Below, piece by piece: positions 17,295-27,047 of a DNA stretch of 39,722 nucleotides. The stretch is from a virus (Duplodnaviria > Caudoviricetes): the IMG/VR virus record IMGVR_UViG_3300030012_002406, positions 1 to 39,722 of that record; one strand, given 5' to 3'. The notes under the pieces are model-generated. The model searched no databases. It saw only the letters and a list, made by a program, of their open reading frames with translations, and was not told the origin of the DNA. How positions within the stretch are numbered: position 1 is the stretch's first letter; every line of letters begins with the position of its first letter. Position numbers and translations under genes: made by a program.

Positions 17295-18383
17295 ATGGCA
17301 AAGAAAAAAACTAATGTTACAAAAGAAACAACTGAAATAGTTGAACAAATTATAGATACTAAACCAATAGATGTTAAAAAAGACTTTACATTAATTGAAA
17401 AGTATCAAGAAGGAAAAAATCAAAGCATTGCAATCAGAGTTTACTTTGATCAGTCTCATGAAAATATGGGATTAGAAAATTATGCAATGTCACTTTTTGA
17501 AGGAGTAGTTCATGAAGAAGAACTAACATGTCTTGAAATTAATGGTATAAAAAGATATGTTACAGGTTTAAATGAATTTGCACCGGAAGTAAAGAAATTA
17601 CCTACAGCAGAAAGACATGCTAAGATTAGAGAGATAAGAAAAGCTGTAGCACAATTAGAAGCTGATTTAGCAGCAAATATTATAGATGCAGAAGATGCTG
17701 AGTTTTGGAATAAAGTTAAATTGTTAAGACATGATAATCATGACTTTTGGAGTAAAATTAGTTTAAGAGTTGGTAATGAACCTTTATATTTAGATCCTTC
17801 AACTGACCCTTATGATTTAATAAAACTTTATGCAATTGAAGCAGGTGGATTTTCAATTATTGCACCTAGTTTAAGAGCTGCAAAACAGCAAGGTAGTTTT
17901 AAGTTCTATTTAGATAAATTAGAAGATACTGTAAGTTCAAGAACTGAAATATCTAAATTAAGAAATAGAGCATTAGCTGCACTAGCAAATATGTATGATA
18001 GTGACAATAGTAAATTATTTTATGTTGCTAAAATAGTTGATGCAGATAGTGTACAATATAATAAATCTGTACCAAATGATATTATCTATGAAAATATGGA
18101 TAATTTTATTCATGGATTTGGTTCAGATAATAATAAAAGAAGATCTGCTCAATCATTTTTAGATGCTTCTAGAATGGATATGCAAGATTTAAAAATTAAA
18201 TCAGCAATTAAAGATGCAGTCTTTTATAACTTTATAAAACTAGGTGCTGATGGTACATATTTTTATCAAAGTGGTAGAATAGGTAAAACTACAGAAGACA
18301 TGTTACATTACTTTAAAAACCCTATAAATGAAGAGCAATTAGTTAAGTTGCTTAATGATGTAGAATATTATTGGAATATGTAA
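17295..18383 (+). CDS. Protein following the capsid gene (crAss gene-75-like position)
   Basis: 362 aa with YVTGLNE...FW motifs; assigned by synteny. Confidence 0.6.
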   Translation: MAKKKTNVTKETTEIVEQIIDTKPIDVKKDFTLIEKYQEGKNQSIAIRVYFDQSHENMGLENYAMSLFEGVVHEEELTCLEINGIKRYVTGLNEFAPEVKKLPTAERHAKIREIRKAVAQLEADLAANIIDAEDAEFWNKVKLLRHDNHDFWSKISLRVGNEPLYLDPSTDPYDLIKLYAIEAGGFSIIAPSLRAAKQQGSFKFYLDKLEDTVSSRTEISKLRNRALAALANMYDSDNSKLFYVAKIVDADSVQYNKSVPNDIIYENMDNFIHGFGSDNNKRRSAQSFLDASRMDMQDLKIKSAIKDAVFYNFIKLGADGTYFYQSGRIGKTTEDMLHYFKNPINEEQLVKLLNDVEYYWNM

Positions 18384-18386
18384 ATT

Positions 18387-19127
18387 ATGAACAATACTCA
18401 ACTGGAAATTAAAGTTAGACAAAGGTTAAATAAATTAGCTAGTAATGATTTTGACAACATTGAGTGTTGGCAAATAGTTGAAGCATTTAATAAAGCTCAG
18501 ATAGAGTGGTGTAGAAGACAATTAAGAGGCACTAATCAATTTAAAGAAGGAGATGAAATGTCTAAAAGACGGATTGATGATTTACAACCTTTATTGAGAG
18601 AATTGGCTTTAGGTCCAGGCGAAGCTGCATTACAAAGTGTACAATATAATCTTTTTGATGGAGTAGCAGATGATTTTTTAGAATTTAAAAAAGTAACTAC
18701 TTATGCAAAAAAGGAATGTTGTAAAGAAGATCCAAAAGGACGTGCAATGCAGGTTTATTTAGCTGAAGCAGGAAATGTAAATTTAATGTTAAGAGATCAG
18801 TTAAAAAAACCAAGCTTTGAATGGTCTGAAACATTCTGTACTTTTCAAGGTAATTCTTTGAGAGTTTATACAAATGATGACTTTGAAATAGAAAATACTA
18901 TTTTTCAATACTATAGGCAACCACGTCTTGTAGAATTTGAAGGTTGTACTGATCCTACTTTAGGTGCTGATGAAAATTCAGGTATCTCAGTTGTAAATGT
19001 TGAATGTGAATTTAAAGATGATATAGCTGAACTTCTTGTAGATGAAACAGTTTCAATACTTGCTGGTGATGTTGCTGATGTAAATAATTATATCAGAGGA
19101 TCCCAGCAAGCAGAAAAAAATAATTAA
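18387..19127 (+). CDS. Putative tail ring / head-tail adaptor protein
   Basis: LNKLASND...FNKAQ...RIDDLQPL...YYRQP...ELLVDETVSIL pattern typical of crAss-like ring proteins. Confidence 0.7.
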   Translation: MNNTQLEIKVRQRLNKLASNDFDNIECWQIVEAFNKAQIEWCRRQLRGTNQFKEGDEMSKRRIDDLQPLLRELALGPGEAALQSVQYNLFDGVADDFLEFKKVTTYAKKECCKEDPKGRAMQVYLAEAGNVNLMLRDQLKKPSFEWSETFCTFQGNSLRVYTNDDFEIENTIFQYYRQPRLVEFEGCTDPTLGADENSGISVVNVECEFKDDIAELLVDETVSILAGDVADVNNYIRGSQQAEKNN

Positions 19128-19131
19128 TTAT

Positions 19132-19183
19132 ATGGTAATCATATGATTAATTAGTATATTATATATATAGCATAGTGCTATAT
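19132..19183 (+). promoter_or_regulatory. Putative late promoter flanked by palindromes
   Basis: TTAGTATATTATATATA at 19151-19167; perfect palindrome TAATCATATGATTA at 19136-19149; hairpin ATATAGCA-TAG-TGCTATAT at 19165-19183. Confidence 0.55.
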
Positions 19184-19223
19184 TATTATATCAATATTTA
19201 TTAATTTTAAAAAACGTTAAGTT

Positions 19224-20678
19224 ATGAGTTATTTCAATCACGCGTTTGGCAAAGCTTTTTTAGCTAAAACGCACGAACAAACAAATACACAAAACTCAGT
19301 AAATCTAACTACTGTTGGAGAGTTTGCTGTATTAGCAAGTGATTTTGGCATTATGAATGCTGCAGATATTGCTAACAATAAAGGAGGTTTTTATTTAGCA
19401 CAAGCTGCATTTCAGACTAATGACAGAATTGGTAACAATCCAGGAATGGGTGGTTATAAAGAATCATCTAAATCAAAGATGATTATGAGTAAATATATAT
19501 CTAGCATGTGGGTTACTACATGTGAAACAGAAGTTGCAGATATAGGTGAATTAGTAATTAAACCTACTGCTGTTGATCAATCATGTTTTGCATGTGATGT
19601 ACAACCTATGTTTAGAGCAGATATTAAAGGAACGGCAGTATTAAGATATATAAATCATAATGCATATGCTACATTAAACGGTGCTTTACCAATGCCAGCT
19701 ACAAATGCTCAAGATGGTACAGGTGCTTTAGCTACAAGTTTTGTTGTAGGTGGTACAACCTATACATATGATCCAAATAACATAGACATGTGTTGTGGAG
19801 TACAGACAGCAGGTTCAAAAGTAGGTATTGCTCCATCAATTGTAGCAATTAATCTAAGAGACCAGTTTAACAATGATCCAATTCTTTCTAAATTTGCAAC
19901 TGCAACATTAGAAATTTCTTCTGCTGGTGCTGCTTATGCTGGAATAACTGCTGTACAAGAGCAAAGTATTTATGCAGGTGGTGCTGCAGGTGTAGCTGCA
20001 GGTGCTGCAACTCCAACTGTACTTGGTGGTGCTGTTGTTTCTGGTGCTTGGGCTGTTGATGATCTTTATAAGATTAAGTTTACAATGAAAAATAGTTGTG
20101 AATTACAAACTCAATTTGGTAATTCTTCATTTGATACTAGAGACTTCTATTTAATGGGAGATCTTAAAACTATAGTTCAAATGCAAGATGAAACAGGTGA
20201 AGCTTGTGTTCCATGTAATGGTTTTGTAACTTTCACAGAAAGTGCAACTGAATTTAAGCAAAGAAGAATTTCTGCTGATACTGTTGCTAGAGATATCCTT
20301 TTAACTGAAAGATACAGACAGTCTCCTTATGATCAAGGTAGAAGAGATTCTTCTAGAATGAGACAACAAGAAGGTATGGATCAAATCATTGCAGAAATTG
20401 GAAGAGATCCTAATGGTGCAGGTGTAACTTGTGCTGGTGCTTATAGAGCATATCATTTAGTACATAATGTGCCAAGATTTAATAATCCATCTGGAACATT
20501 TAATAATGATCAATATCATTATGTAGTATATGTTCCATGTTCAGGAGCAGCTGCTGCTACAACATCAATTAATGCTGACTGGGTAGCAATAGCTATTCAA
20601 GCAGGTATTATGAAAAGAGATGGATCAGCAGTGGTTAGTTCTATTGCAGATCTTGAAGCAATTGGAGGTGACTACTAG
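19224..20678 (+). CDS. Virion structural protein, candidate auxiliary capsid protein
   Basis: 484 aa with its own promoter motif and terminator, suggesting high expression; position matches the crAss-like structural block. Confidence 0.6.
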   Translation: MSYFNHAFGKAFLAKTHEQTNTQNSVNLTTVGEFAVLASDFGIMNAADIANNKGGFYLAQAAFQTNDRIGNNPGMGGYKESSKSKMIMSKYISSMWVTTCETEVADIGELVIKPTAVDQSCFACDVQPMFRADIKGTAVLRYINHNAYATLNGALPMPATNAQDGTGALATSFVVGGTTYTYDPNNIDMCCGVQTAGSKVGIAPSIVAINLRDQFNNDPILSKFATATLEISSAGAAYAGITAVQEQSIYAGGAAGVAAGAATPTVLGGAVVSGAWAVDDLYKIKFTMKNSCELQTQFGNSSFDTRDFYLMGDLKTIVQMQDETGEACVPCNGFVTFTESATEFKQRRISADTVARDILLTERYRQSPYDQGRRDSSRMRQQEGMDQIIAEIGRDPNGAGVTCAGAYRAYHLVHNVPRFNNPSGTFNNDQYHYVVYVPCSGAAAATTSINADWVAIAIQAGIMKRDGSAVVSSIADLEAIGGDY

Positions 20679-20704
20679 TAGTTAACTCACTATATCTATA
20701 ACCT

Positions 20705-20740
20705 AAAAGAGGGGTGGATTAATTCTACCCCTTTTTTATT
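20705..20740 (+). terminator. Intrinsic terminator
   Basis: AGGGGTGGA-TTAAT-TCTACCCCT followed by TTTTTATTTT. Confidence 0.85.
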
Positions 20741-20757
20741 TTCTTTTATTTTATATA

Positions 20758-20776
20758 TTTTGTATATTATTATATA
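20758..20776 (+). promoter_or_regulatory. Putative late promoter
   Basis: TTTTGTATATTATTATATA directly after the terminator. Confidence 0.55.
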
Positions 20777-20805
20777 ACTAGTATAGTATTTAAAGAGATA
20801 AAATA

Positions 20806-21384
20806 ATGGCATGTAAACACATTTTAAGTCTAGAAGCTCCCACCATGTCTAATTGTGACATATTTACATTAACAGATACAAGCACATATTGTAAGGATTT
20901 ATTAGTAGATTGTCCACAGTTAGAAATTACAGCTCCTGGATTTAATGCACCTAAATTAATTAAAGTAGATATTACTAAATCTTTATCTGGTGAATGGAAT
21001 AGTTTTGGTACAATAAATTTAAATGCATGTAGTTTAGGTTTGACAACTTTAGACTGCTCAAATACAAGAGCTATTATTAAAGATGGTATATTCATTATAA
21101 AGTATAGTGTTTCTCCGCATGATAAAGCTTTTGTAGAGTATAATCATTTAAGAATATCAGAAATACTATCTCAATATTATAAAAAACTTTGTTCATTACA
21201 AGTTAAACCTTGTGAGCCTAGCTCTGATCAGCAAAAACTATTAGCAGAAATGAAATATATTAGAACGCTAATAGATGCAGCAAAAGCTAAGGTAGAATAT
21301 TGTAATAGTCCTAATGAAGGCATGGAACTTTATACTTTTGCACTTAATAAGCTTAAGAAGATTACATGTGAAATATGTTGTTAA
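20806..21384 (+). CDS. Putative tail hub / fibre-docking protein
   Basis: 192 aa; LTDTSTY...LEITAPG...DGIFIIKYSV, helical C-terminus ending CEICC; assigned by synteny. Confidence 0.55.
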   Translation: MACKHILSLEAPTMSNCDIFTLTDTSTYCKDLLVDCPQLEITAPGFNAPKLIKVDITKSLSGEWNSFGTINLNACSLGLTTLDCSNTRAIIKDGIFIIKYSVSPHDKAFVEYNHLRISEILSQYYKKLCSLQVKPCEPSSDQQKLLAEMKYIRTLIDAAKAKVEYCNSPNEGMELYTFALNKLKKITCEICC

Positions 21385-21387
21385 ATT

Positions 21388-22710
21388 ATGACTATCAATC
21401 ATCAAGAATTAGAAAAAATAATAAGCACTAAGCAAACTTTTGCAGATCTTGCATATAAAGAGTATAGATCAAGTAAATATGGAATGACATTTTGTTGTCC
21501 AAAAAATTTTGATAATCATGTTAATGTAAATGAAATATGTGATTGGGAAGAAAATTCAAAAGTAATATATAATGAATCTACTTATACATTTACAACGTTT
21601 CAAACTAAAACATATATATCAGCAGGTGGTACAGTGCCTCCATGGGCGCAATTTGAAGAAACAATATATTCTTCAAGAAGACTTCAAAGACCTGATATTC
21701 TAATAGGTAGTGCACCAAATGTACCTGCAACAAATTATAATGTAGTTATTCTTAGTGCAGTATTTGGTCCCTTGATTAGTACATTAACATCAGCTTCTAG
21801 AATTTTTGCGTTTGTTATGCGAGATGTAGATGGTTTACCAGAAATAGGAAATGCAAATTGGTTGAATATATTAAATACAAGAGATGCTGATAATAATAGT
21901 CCTGCATTTTTTGGAGATAATAATGGAGCTCTTAACTATGATGGATTGCCTTTTAGGCAAAGTGGACCACAACAATGGAATCAATGGAGTAAATATAGAT
22001 GGCTTGAAATATCTGGGGGAGGTATTGATCCAACTGCTATAGTAAATCCATTTCTCAACTTAAGACAAAATACTTTGGGACCAGGTTTGCCAAAAAATGG
22101 TGCAAATATTGGAGATTATATATGGCTTGTAGTTTCTAGAGACGGTACATTTAATTTTGTACAGTCTGACGGTTCTACAAATTTTATGACAATATCAGAA
22201 ACAGGAAATAATGCTAACAGTCGTTTTAACTATGGATATCATAATAATCCCAATGTTGCAACTGATGGAGCAGACTTTGTAGGTGGTAATACTACTTATC
22301 AATTAGGTCAGTATGGGGGAACTGGAGGAGTTAATCAAACAGCACCGCTTGCTTCAGAACAAAGAGCTTTTGTAAAATATGCTAATTTAACAATAGATGA
22401 TAGTGATCAAGATGCTGGATATAATGTATGTAATGATGATTCAGAACTTTTAATTATAACAGTTAAAGATAAAAATGGTGCTGCAGTTAAAGATTATGAT
22501 GTATTTATAGATAATACACATTATGGAAAAACAGATGCATCAGGAAATTTAATTGTTAACTTTACACATGCTAGTGTAGATACTAAACATATAATCAATG
22601 GTTGTAAATGTTTTACAACAACTGGAGGCTGTAACCAACAAAAAATAGATATAGTACTTTCAGATGAAGTTACACCTGTTTGTACAAATTTGGCAATAGA
22701 TTGCCTTTAA
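21388..22710 (+). CDS. Tail-associated protein with a C-terminal beta-sandwich (carboxypeptidase-regulatory/PEGA-like)
   Basis: Short helical and Cys-containing N-terminus, N/G-rich middle, then ITVKDKNGAAVKDYDVFID...GKTDASG. Confidence 0.55.
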   Translation: MTINHQELEKIISTKQTFADLAYKEYRSSKYGMTFCCPKNFDNHVNVNEICDWEENSKVIYNESTYTFTTFQTKTYISAGGTVPPWAQFEETIYSSRRLQRPDILIGSAPNVPATNYNVVILSAVFGPLISTLTSASRIFAFVMRDVDGLPEIGNANWLNILNTRDADNNSPAFFGDNNGALNYDGLPFRQSGPQQWNQWSKYRWLEISGGGIDPTAIVNPFLNLRQNTLGPGLPKNGANIGDYIWLVVSRDGTFNFVQSDGSTNFMTISETGNNANSRFNYGYHNNPNVATDGADFVGGNTTYQLGQYGGTGGVNQTAPLASEQRAFVKYANLTIDDSDQDAGYNVCNDDSELLIITVKDKNGAAVKDYDVFIDNTHYGKTDASGNLIVNFTHASVDTKHIINGCKCFTTTGGCNQQKIDIVLSDEVTPVCTNLAIDCL

Positions 22711-22714
22711 GAAA

Positions 22715-22766
22715 TAACAACTTGGTTGTTAGTTAATAAATTTGTATATTATAATGTACACGTGTA
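22715..22766 (+). promoter_or_regulatory. Putative late promoter of the fibre operon
   Basis: TTGG at 22722 (in the loop of TAACAAC-TTG-GTTGTTA), TTTGTATATTATAATGTA at 22741-22758 and palindrome TACACGTGTA at 22757-22766. Confidence 0.65.
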
Positions 22767-22794
22767 TTAATTTACAACTGTAATAAATATATTT

Positions 22795-25700
22795 ATGATA
22801 CCTAATAAATCTAATAATACTAACGGGTGTAGTCCGTTATCTTCAAACTGTGTAGTCTGGCAGGGACCTGATCTAGATTGTATTGAAATATGCAATGGGG
22901 ATACAATAAGTGATGTAGTTGCAAAAATTGCAGAAGAAATTTGTGATACAGCAAGAGCTGCTACAAGAGGTAGAATTGCTGATTCAGAAATAAACGGTAT
23001 TGTACAAAAGTGTATTACTGTAAGTCAAGGGCGTTCTGCTGAGAATTTACAAGAATTATTACAATTTATTATTGATAAAATATGTGAAACTGATGATGCA
23101 CTAAGTAGAAGTGCTGCTGCAGATCCTAGAGGATTTGCTACAGCATATGCTATGCCATTACCTGAAACTGCTCAATTTGATCAAGGATCTACAAGAATTA
23201 AAAAACAAGTATTATATGATGAAACAACTGATACAGGTTGGGTTATTACTATAGGAAACTATATGGCAGGGTTACAAGACTCTGTTACATCTATACAAAA
23301 TACATTAGAAAATCATGAAGAAAGAATAGCAAATCTAGAAAGAAGTGCAGGTGGTACAACAATAGGTGGAGCAAGAGCTACAGCATATGGTGCAAACACA
23401 GTAAGACCTACTGCAGTTGATGTAAATGGAAATCCAGTAGCACCTAATGCAGCTGCTGCCGGAACAACAAGAGGTGCAGGATCTATGTCAGGTTCAGAGA
23501 GAGTTGTTTCTAAATATTTATTATCAGGAGCTGTTACTGTAAGCAGATTAACATTAGAAATTGAAAAAGCATATTTTGAATTAAGAAGAGCTACAGGTAT
23601 GCCTTCTGATCTTTTAAAAGCAATAGCATATCAACAACAAGGTTTAGCTTTAGAAAATAGGTTGAATGGAAATGGTAACATGGGATTAATTAATGGTTTT
23701 ACAGGATCTCCACGTACTGTAGCTGATGCAATTAGAAATCTATGGATAACAACAAATGATATGAGAGCTGCTGTTGCTGATATAAAAGCTAACACTACAC
23801 CTTCTGGTTGTAAAGATATACAATTTTCTTGCATTGCTACAATAAAAAGAAAAGCTTCTGGAGCATATGATCATTTATCATTAGATTTTAGAGGATCAAG
23901 CATACCTACAGGGTATAGTGATTCTGGTACAGGAAGACGTACAAAAATTACAATTACAGATGCATCATTAAATGTATTTACAACATTTGCTGATATTTCT
24001 GGTAAGTATCAAAATAATGCACCATTACAATTAGTAAGTTTAGGTACTGTAGATAAAACAAGTAATCTTTCTGTTAAAGTTGAATTTGCTGTTAGTAATG
24101 ATGTAAATGATTGTGGTGAAACAGTTAATCTAAATGTTACAAATAGTTCACCATGTCCTTCATTGTCTTCTTCAAGTTCTACTGAAAATTCAATAAGTTA
24201 TACTTATACTAACATAGGCTTAACAACTACTTCAGGTGCATCAATTGCTGTAAATCTTTTAAACTCTTTAGGTTCTGTTGTACAAACAAAAACTTATACT
24301 ACCTGGGGCACTAATGTTTCTGGTTCATTTTCTGGTTTAACTGCAGGTACAACCTATCAGTTACAATTTCAAATGACAACTAAAGCAGGAATAACTACAA
24401 CTTGTTCTGGTGATTTATTAGTTACTTCATCTCCTAGTTGTACTTCATTATGTATTAAACAACCTTCATATTCTAGTTCTATTACAGATCAGAAATCAGG
24501 TGCAAATTCTATTGAATTAGCAGTATATAATGATACATTAAATATATATCAATGGTTAGCTACATTTGACAATACAAATACACCTATTGTTATTTATTCA
24601 ACTATAACAACAACACCGGCTGTTGCATGGTCTCATACTGGTGACTTTGTTTCAGATAATCCCACTGATTCAATAGCATGTGGTGGCGTAACGTATACTG
24701 CAACTGGAATGACAACTGCTATGGAAGATAGTGGTTGGAAATATGCTGGTGCTTTAACTTCTCCAACTGGAACTATATTTTATGCATATGCTTTGGTAAA
24801 TTCTATTACTAAAACAATTACAGAAGTAGTATTCTGCTGTGACTGTAAACAAATAACATTATTACCAGATCCTGAATATGGAGTGTTCTATTGTACTACT
24901 GGAGGTAATACAGATTGTAAAATAAATGTAATAGGAGATGTTAGTAGTGCTGTAGTACAACCATTGTGGACAATTGTAAGTCAACCTGCAAGTGGTACTG
25001 TTTCATATGATGTTGCTGGATCTTCATCAACACAAGGTTGTTTTAAGTATACAAATGATGGTACTGAGTGGACATCTGATTCTTTTACTGTTAAGTTTAA
25101 AAATGCATGTAATACAACTGCTATTATAAATGTACCTATAGTAAAAGCTCAAACTTTAACTCATTTAGATGAAGATATTGTAGTATTTTTAGATACAACA
25201 ACATTTAGTTTTGCAGATGCTGTAAAAATAAAAGAAACATTTAATTCAATAAAAGCAGCATTAGTTTCTACATTTAGTTATACAGGTAATGTACATTATA
25301 TTCCTTTAGGTAGTGGTGGAGCTGGTACAACAGAACCAGGTGATTATATAAAACATATTAGAGGTCTTATAGATTCACAAAATGGACAAACTAGTCTTAG
25401 TATAGATATTGCATCTGGAGTAGGAACTTGGGATACATGGAAATCATTACCTGGATATTTTAGTGCATCAAGTGGTTCATGGCCGGCATCTTTTACAGTG
25501 TTCTCGTTTATAAATCAAACAAACACTAATGGTAATTATGGTAGTGCATTATTAGCTAATGGATTTACTACACCTACACAACCTACATCAGGTGGTACAA
25601 CAAATAATACTGAGTATAAACAAGATTTTGATGCTGTATTAAATATAAATGATACAACATCTCATGCTGGTGCTTGGACTTCAGCAATTCATGCTAAGTA

Positions 25701-26409
25701 TCCTGCAACAGGAGACTGGAAAACAGGATCAATACCATTTGTTTATAATCACTTTATTATAAATATGATTACAGGGTCTATCAATGAATCTGCAGCTGCA
25801 GCGTTGCAAATATTAGCTGCTACAACTGGAGCTAAAATGCCTGCAAGAAATTTCTTTGGATCTAAAATAGGTGGCGTACAATTCCCTGTAGATCTTCAAG
25901 CATACTTATTAGATGGAGTTGCTTCAGGAACTAATCCATATACAGGGGGTACAGGTACAAGTTCTAATACAATAGTAGGTTTAGAGAATCATCATGTTGT
26001 TCCACATATGTATTTTGAGAATGGAATAGATTGGAGTACAACGAATACTTCAGTAAAAGCAGCATTCTTAGCAATGATGGGTATTAAAGAAGGATCTTTA
26101 TTAAATGCTCCGAGTACATCAAATTGTCCAAGAATGCACAGTAATAGTACATTATTTGCATTTGATGCTTCTTCATCTTCTACAGCATGTGCTGGAGTTG
26201 GATCAGCTGCAATAGAAATATGGAATACAACAGGAACTGTATTTGATCCTACAGTAAAAGCTTATAATTCTCAATCAGGTTGTACAAATGCACAATCAGT
26301 TTATGAATTAGCAGCAGGATGGTATGCTTATGATGATGGTGGTACTAGAAAAAGGGCACAATATGTACCAGCAGGACCTAATTACTGGATAAATTCATCA
26401 ACATGTTAA
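22795..26409 (+). CDS. Tail fibre / adhesin-like protein with Cys-rich N-terminus, coiled coil, FN3 and Ig-like domains
   Basis: 1204 aa, S/T/G-rich; coil LQDSVTSIQNTLENHEERIANLE; FN3 signature SGLTAGTTYQL; Big_9-like TIVSQPASGTV...FKYT...SDSFTV. Confidence 0.75.
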   Translation: MIPNKSNNTNGCSPLSSNCVVWQGPDLDCIEICNGDTISDVVAKIAEEICDTARAATRGRIADSEINGIVQKCITVSQGRSAENLQELLQFIIDKICETDDALSRSAAADPRGFATAYAMPLPETAQFDQGSTRIKKQVLYDETTDTGWVITIGNYMAGLQDSVTSIQNTLENHEERIANLERSAGGTTIGGARATAYGANTVRPTAVDVNGNPVAPNAAAAGTTRGAGSMSGSERVVSKYLLSGAVTVSRLTLEIEKAYFELRRATGMPSDLLKAIAYQQQGLALENRLNGNGNMGLINGFTGSPRTVADAIRNLWITTNDMRAAVADIKANTTPSGCKDIQFSCIATIKRKASGAYDHLSLDFRGSSIPTGYSDSGTGRRTKITITDASLNVFTTFADISGKYQNNAPLQLVSLGTVDKTSNLSVKVEFAVSNDVNDCGETVNLNVTNSSPCPSLSSSSSTENSISYTYTNIGLTTTSGASIAVNLLNSLGSVVQTKTYTTWGTNVSGSFSGLTAGTTYQLQFQMTTKAGITTTCSGDLLVTSSPSCTSLCIKQPSYSSSITDQKSGANSIELAVYNDTLNIYQWLATFDNTNTPIVIYSTITTTPAVAWSHTGDFVSDNPTDSIACGGVTYTATGMTTAMEDSGWKYAGALTSPTGTIFYAYALVNSITKTITEVVFCCDCKQITLLPDPEYGVFYCTTGGNTDCKINVIGDVSSAVVQPLWTIVSQPASGTVSYDVAGSSSTQGCFKYTNDGTEWTSDSFTVKFKNACNTTAIINVPIVKAQTLTHLDEDIVVFLDTTTFSFADAVKIKETFNSIKAALVSTFSYTGNVHYIPLGSGGAGTTEPGDYIKHIRGLIDSQNGQTSLSIDIASGVGTWDTWKSLPGYFSASSGSWPASFTVFSFINQTNTNGNYGSALLANGFTTPTQPTSGGTTNNTEYKQDFDAVLNINDTTSHAGAWTSAIHAKYPATGDWKTGSIPFVYNHFIINMITGSINESAAAALQILAATTGAKMPARNFFGSKIGGVQFPVDLQAYLLDGVASGTNPYTGGTGTSSNTIVGLENHHVVPHMYFENGIDWSTTNTSVKAAFLAMMGIKEGSLLNAPSTSNCPRMHSNSTLFAFDASSSSTACAGVGSAAIEIWNTTGTVFDPTVKAYNSQSGCTNAQSVYELAAGWYAYDDGGTRKRAQYVPAGPNYWINSSTC

Positions 26410-26427
26410 CAATTAAAAATTAAGAAA

Positions 26428-27003
26428 ATGGCTTGTCAAATTTGCGGAAATACTAAATCATCACCTTGTGCTTGTAAAGATCATGCTTTAACAACACCAT
26501 GCTCTTATACAGATTGTACAGATGTTAACACTAAGAGGGGGCATCCTGAACATTGTGCTGAAATATTTTGCACTGATTGCTTACATAGGTGTAGAAATGA
26601 TATTCAAATGACTAATTCAAGTGGTCAAACTTTAGTTGCAAATCAAGGTGATAAGTTGGATGTAATATTACAAAGATTATTTATCTTTGCTATAGATCCA
26701 TCTTGTTATGATTCATCTGTTGCACATATATGGCATGATGAATCAGCAACAACATCAACTACTGTTAAAATAAATTTTGCTAATGTTCCTTCAGGAGTTA
26801 CTCAAATAGATGTAGAATATGCTGTAATTAATGGCGCATTTATAACAGATAATGCATCTCCTATATCTACTGCTGCAAATATTTCATATACTGTTGGAAA
26901 TACAACACCATTGTTACCAAATACTACATATAGATTTAGAATAAAAAGTGTTGGAACTAGTTGTTATTCTGTAGAATATTTAGTAAGAACATTAAATGTA
27001 TAA
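26428..27003 (+). CDS. Cys-rich fibre-associated protein with a C-terminal FN3 domain
   Basis: Many N-terminal Cys; GDKLDVILQRL resembles GDTISDVVAKI of the fibre; FN3 signature LLPNTTYRFRIKS. Confidence 0.7.
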   Translation: MACQICGNTKSSPCACKDHALTTPCSYTDCTDVNTKRGHPEHCAEIFCTDCLHRCRNDIQMTNSSGQTLVANQGDKLDVILQRLFIFAIDPSCYDSSVAHIWHDESATTSTTVKINFANVPSGVTQIDVEYAVINGAFITDNASPISTAANISYTVGNTTPLLPNTTYRFRIKSVGTSCYSVEYLVRTLNV

Positions 27004-27046
27004 CGAGAAGTAGAGATTTTTTTGTTGGTTTTAACTCTACCATCGT
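27003..27046 (+). ncRNA. Candidate structured RNA element with a U-rich loop
   Basis: ACGA..GTAGAG-[ATTTTTTTGTTGGTTTTAA]-CTCTAC..TCGT immediately before a terminator. Confidence 0.4.
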
Positions 27047-27047
27047 G

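Noticed and set aside
19915-20055. GGTGCT/GCTGCA-rich quasi-repeats in the 484-aa structural gene
   Set aside because: They reflect Ala/Gly codon usage in a low-complexity loop and have no regular period.
20671-20682. Palindrome ACTACTAGTAGT over a tandem TAG TAG stop
   Set aside because: It is a single short instance with no supporting pattern and is plausibly chance.
2170-26430. TTAACAATTAAAA shared 22 nt before the ATGs at 2192 and 26428
   Set aside because: It is almost pure A/T and is adequately explained by the generic A-rich Bacteroidota initiation context.
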